Source: Cystobasidiomycetes sp. EMM_F5
Taxonomy: Eukaryota
Assembly (NCBI GenBank): GCA_051047955.1
Contig: JBPGPT010000030.1
Span: 124,001-188,000 of the forward strand
Reading direction: 5' to 3'
DNA length: 64,000 nucleotides
A model generated the notes under the pieces. The model searched no databases and was not told the DNA's origin. It worked only from the letters and a program-made list of their open reading frames with translations. The position numbers and the translations under genes were made by a program. This document shows, piece by piece, positions 59,925 through 64,000 of the stretch; the first letter of the stretch is position 1; each line of letters opens with the position of its first letter.

Positions 59925-60753
59925 GGGAGAGGCTCACGCTGACCACCAGCCATAAAAAGGCGATAGTCCCAGTCACTTGAGCTTCATACTGCTACTCCGT
60001 CATATGTCATCACTCTCAGCACGCGGATATGGTTGACTGGATCTCAAATCGCGTCAAGCGGCCGAATGGGACAACTACTTCGCTGAAACCTCAGAATGTC
60101 CGACAGAGCTGCCACTACCTCAAGCGTTATGATCTGATGCCCTATCGTATCTGCGTAGAGCATCTTGCCATCCGTCTCCCTGATGTTGCAGTCCCCAGGT
60201 CGACATGTGTGAATAGAAACGCCAAAATGACGGACCACCGTTCACAGCCCACGAGCTATCAACGTCGACACGGAAGTCGTCGCGGAAGCGAATCATGCCA
60301 TCCTTCCTGTACAAGTGGTACCGCGTATCGTCTTTCGTGAAAGCGAACAATTGATCTTGACTACTCATCTTGACAATTGAACAGATATCCAAGCTATCCC
60401 AGCCTGGCTCACACCGATCCTGTGGTGGTTGGTTTGCGGAAAGCCTTCTGTCGTCTGTGCCTTCAGACATGTGTCCTCGAAATAACGATCCCTGAATCTG
60501 ACTACTGGAATGTGATCGTTATTAATGGATGGACGTGTCAAAAATTCACCCCCTGTCATGTTGATACGGACTTCGACTGATCAAAGCAAACAAGAATAGA
60601 TCACGGACCAATATTGTTTGTTTCTCCTCATCGCTGTTGCATCCTTGTCTCTCCTTGCTCCACAACGGTCTTTCAACCCACACTCATTTAAACGCTCAAA
60701 TCCAACTGTCATACACTCGTTTTACATTCTCCACTACAGCTACTTGAATCACA

Positions 60754-61565
60754 ATGTCTCCCTCCTTCACTATGACGTCTTTGGCTATTGCTATTCTGGC
60801 AACGTCGGCAGTTGTCGCCGCTCCTGCGCCAGAAGTTGGCTTGGAGAATGTACAGCTTCGCCAGGCCACACGTAGTCAAATCATCGAACAGCAGAAGCGC
60901 GGAAATGAAAAGCGTGCTGGTGCTTCGCCCGTACCACAACCTAACCCATAGTAAGTGCCACACGACCGTTGTTGGAACTCTCGTATAGTATACCTACTGA
61001 CCCATCATTGCTGCATCACCAATAGCGCTGGACCGTGTGCTGGCTACGGCAACTTTGGCATCAAAGTCATTGGCTATACCCCGTACGGATCCTACTGGGT
61101 CGGTCAAGCGGATGCCGGTAACGGCACTGCATCCCCGGTCTATGTGCAGAATGCCCCGCAGGCGACTCTGTTCACTCTGGACCCAACTTCGTGCGCTCTG
61201 TCGTCGGTCTCGGCTCCAGGCTCTCAGCAAGCTGGAACAGCCAACCAGCTCTACGATTTTACTACGACCTCGGGATATGCCCCATGGATGGCTGCTACTA
61301 CCGTACCATCAAACGGCGCTCGTATCATCTGCTACCCAGGCGCAGATGGCATCAGCCTTACATGCCACAATGGCCTTGGAATGACGTCGAGTTCTCCGTG
61401 CGTCGATGTCTCTGGCGTAAGCACTCTCCTCTCTCATGTTTGTTGTGGAGTGTCTATGCAACTAACCTCGCTTGCCATGTCATCCAGAACCTCTGGTTTG
61501 ACACTACGCAGTATCAGACTGCCTGCCAGGATGTCAAGCTCGCCATGGGCGTTCCATCCGTGTAG
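60754..61565 (+). CDS. Small secreted cysteine-rich protein (221 aa; signal peptide plus Kex2 pro-peptide; introns 60951-61025 and 61417-61487)
   Basis: Signal peptide SLAIAILATSAVVA-AP, dibasic sites QQKR and NEKR, six Cys in the mature part. Both introns have canonical GTAAG donors and keep the frame. Confidence 0.8.
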
Positions 61566-61926
61566 ACCATGCCATCTGTCCAGTCATGCATGGCTCGCTC
61601 GCACTCTCACCTATTCACCCATTCACCCGTTCTACCTCGCACCAATTCACATATTTACACACCGTGTCATGCCATTTCAAATGTCTGAGAGCTAGTCCCC
61701 TTCGTGTTACTGTACTAGCCTATTCATTACCGAAATGCATTTGCTGTTTCCAGATGACCTTGTTGGCCGTGCTGCATGTTGCCACTCTTGCCCTTGCACC
61801 AAAACTGGACGCCGGCTGGGCAGGCTGTCTGCGATTCTGCCGTGCTGAGACAACACGAAGAAGTCTGCAAGAAGTAACAAGACCCGTCGAAGGCGGTCTG
61901 CTCACTGAGGGCTGGGCAGAGGTAGC

Positions 61927-64000
61927 ATGGCAACAACTGGCCTGGAGGGCAAAGTGCAGGATGTCAGCCTGCAGGATAATACTGGAGGGGCAGTGAAGGG
62001 TCAGAATACTGCAAACAGCCATACGAACGGCGATGGAAAAGGCCCAGCAACGGTCAATGGGCACACTTCGACGGCCGCAGGTCTCATTGTTGAAGACGGT
62101 GCTTCGGAAAACGCAGCAGAGGACGCGGCGGAGGAACTACCAGTGCATGCATGCAGGTAAGCTGAAGAGGTATCGAGCCGTATCTTGGTACAAGCTTGTT
62201 GCGCTCTTCAATACAGGCATTGCCAGACACAAAGCTAAACTTCAATTCACCTTTGAAATCCTACAGCTACTGCGGTATCCACAGTCCAGCAAGCGTAGTC
62301 CGCTGTCTCATATGCGACAAGTGGTTTTGCAACTCTCGCGGATCAACCTCCGGTTCCCATATCGTCAACCACCTGGTCCGAGCCAAGCACAAAGAGGTCA
62401 CTTTACACGCCGATTCACCCCTAGGCGAGACCACGCCAGAGTGTTACAACTGCGGAGCAAAGAATGTCTTCATTCTCGGCTTCATTCCCGCCAAAAGCGA
62501 GACCGTTGTCGTCCTCCTATGCCGGTATGCATCGGTGCGATTACCTAGACTGCGCACATGCTGACCGCATATCGACTCAGACAACCATGCGCTGCCATGC
62601 AAAACTCCAAAGACATCGCTTGGGATGTCTCGCAATGGTCGCCGCTCATTGAAGACCGACAGTTTCTGTCTTGGCTGGTCAAAGTGCCGACCGAACAGGA
62701 ACAATTGCGCGCACGGCAAATTACCTTTCAGCAGATAAACAAGCTGGAAGAAGTGTGGAAGGACAATGCAAAAGCTACATTGGAGGATCTCGAAAAGCCA
62801 GGAGTCGATGACGAGCCTCAGCCTGTTCTTCTGAAATATGAAGATGCCTATCAATACCAAAACATCTTTGGACCGCTTGTCAAGATCGAAGCCGACTATG
62901 ACAAGAAGTTGAAGGAGTCTCAGACCCAGGAAAACATCCAAGTCAGATGGGATATGGGTCTGAATCAGAAGCGCGTAGCATGGTTCAGCCTGCCGAAGCT
63001 GGAAGCTGGAGAGGTCAGGCTTGCTGTCGGAGACGAGCTGCGGTTGAAGTACTACGGAGAACTTCACAAACCATGGGAAGGGGTCGGTCATGTCATAAAG
63101 GTCCCGAATAGTAAGCACCACATGTCTGCCCAAAGACCACACAGCTGACAATTAAGCTTTGGGCAGATGTTTCTGACGAGATAGCGTTGGAACTGCGCAG
63201 AAACGACGGTGTGCCGCACGATTGCACGCTCAACTTCTCCGCCGACTTTGTGTGGAAATCGACATCCTTTGATCGTATGCAATTGGCCATGAAGACTTTT
63301 GCAGTTGACGAGCAGAGTGTCTCAGGGTACATATACCACAAATTCATGGGTCACGATGCTGCTCCGCCCCAAGTGCTACGGACCGTAATGCCCAAACGTA
63401 TGTCAGCGCCGAATCTACCGGACTTGAATCATTCGCAAATGTATGCGGTAAAAAGTGTCCTGCAGAAACCACTCAGTCTTATTCAGGTACGCTGTTCGTA
63501 GTCTAATGCATGCTGTTGCGTCTGACGACATCTCCAAAATCAAGGGTCCCCCTGGTACAGGAAAGACTGTCACATCAGCATCCATTGTATATCATCTGGC
63601 CAAAATGAATCCTGGTCAAGTTCTCGTTACCGCGCCGTCAAACGTTGCTGTCGATCAGCTCACCGAAAAGATTCATCAAACCGGTCTCAAGGTGGTCCGC
63701 GTCACCGCAAAGTCACGAGAAGCATTGGACACGTCAATCTCCTTTTTAACACTGCACGAGCAGGTCGCCAACAACGACACGCATCCAGAATTGCAGAAGC
63801 TCATTCAGCTCAAGACGGAGCAGGGCGAATTGTCCAGCTCAGACGAACGGAAATTCAAGGCTTTGACTAGAGCGTGCGAGAAGGAGATTCTTGCCAATGC
63901 CGATGTCATATGCGCAACGGCCGTAGGATGTGGTGACCCGCGATTGTCAAAGATCAAGTTCCGAACTGTATTGGTGGATGAAGCCACTCAAGCCGTAAGT
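61927..64000 (+). CDS. NAM7: Nonsense-mediated decay helicase Upf1 (5' part; runs off the window)
   Basis: CH domain HAC|SYCGIH...[56 protein letters not shown]. Confidence 0.97.

Noticed and set aside
1..64000. tRNA/rRNA genes, transposons, CRISPR arrays, TGA-CTA readthrough to peroxisomal signals, and the many antisense ORFs in the track
   Set aside because: No T-loop/cloverleaf, terminal repeats, transposase/RT motifs or spacer arrays seen by eye; the stop contexts I checked lacked the readthrough motif; antisense ORFs are explained by the sense-strand genes.

Overview
Eukaryotic, gene-dense fungal DNA, almost certainly a basidiomycete and probably a yeast-like Pucciniomycotina (inferred from short 50-80 nt GT-AG introns with CTRAY branch points, intergenic gaps of about 50-800 bp, and basidiomycete-type motifs such as Qri7 GLESSADDT). 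I reconstructed 28 protein-coding genes by hand, most of them intron-containing. Most are housekeeping genes: LRO1/PDAT, CDC42, IRS4-like EH protein, aldo-keto reductase, cold-shock-domain protein, PLPBP/YggS, RNase H1, GTP cyclohydrolase I, QRI7, DHR1/ECM16, RHO1, EAF7, NTAQ1, GST, CDC27, asparagine synthetase, PRP21/SF3A1, TRP2, DUG2, SCC2/NIPBL and a partial UPF1. Accessory-looking content is two separate tandem arrays of F-box-like paralogs (1-1.7 kb and 29.3-34.1 kb), a large disordered protein with a SERTA/Ecm13-like motif, and a Kex2-processed Cys-rich secreted protein. I saw no rRNA, tRNA, transposon or CRISPR. The most interesting observations are: (i) a possible switch-like TRP2 5' region with two in-frame ATG/5'-splice-site pairs, Trp-containing uORFs and a hairpin over the branch point; (ii) 3-nt micro-exons in PDAT; (iii) an intron apparently caught in gain/loss across three F-box paralogs; (iv) a membrane-anchored Phi-like GST; (v) head-to-head PLPBP/RNase H1 genes that each have a putative alternative mitochondrial start; (vi) a long structured RHO1 intron; (vii) PRP21 lacking its UBL domain. 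Exon boundaries were deduced manually and no database search was run.
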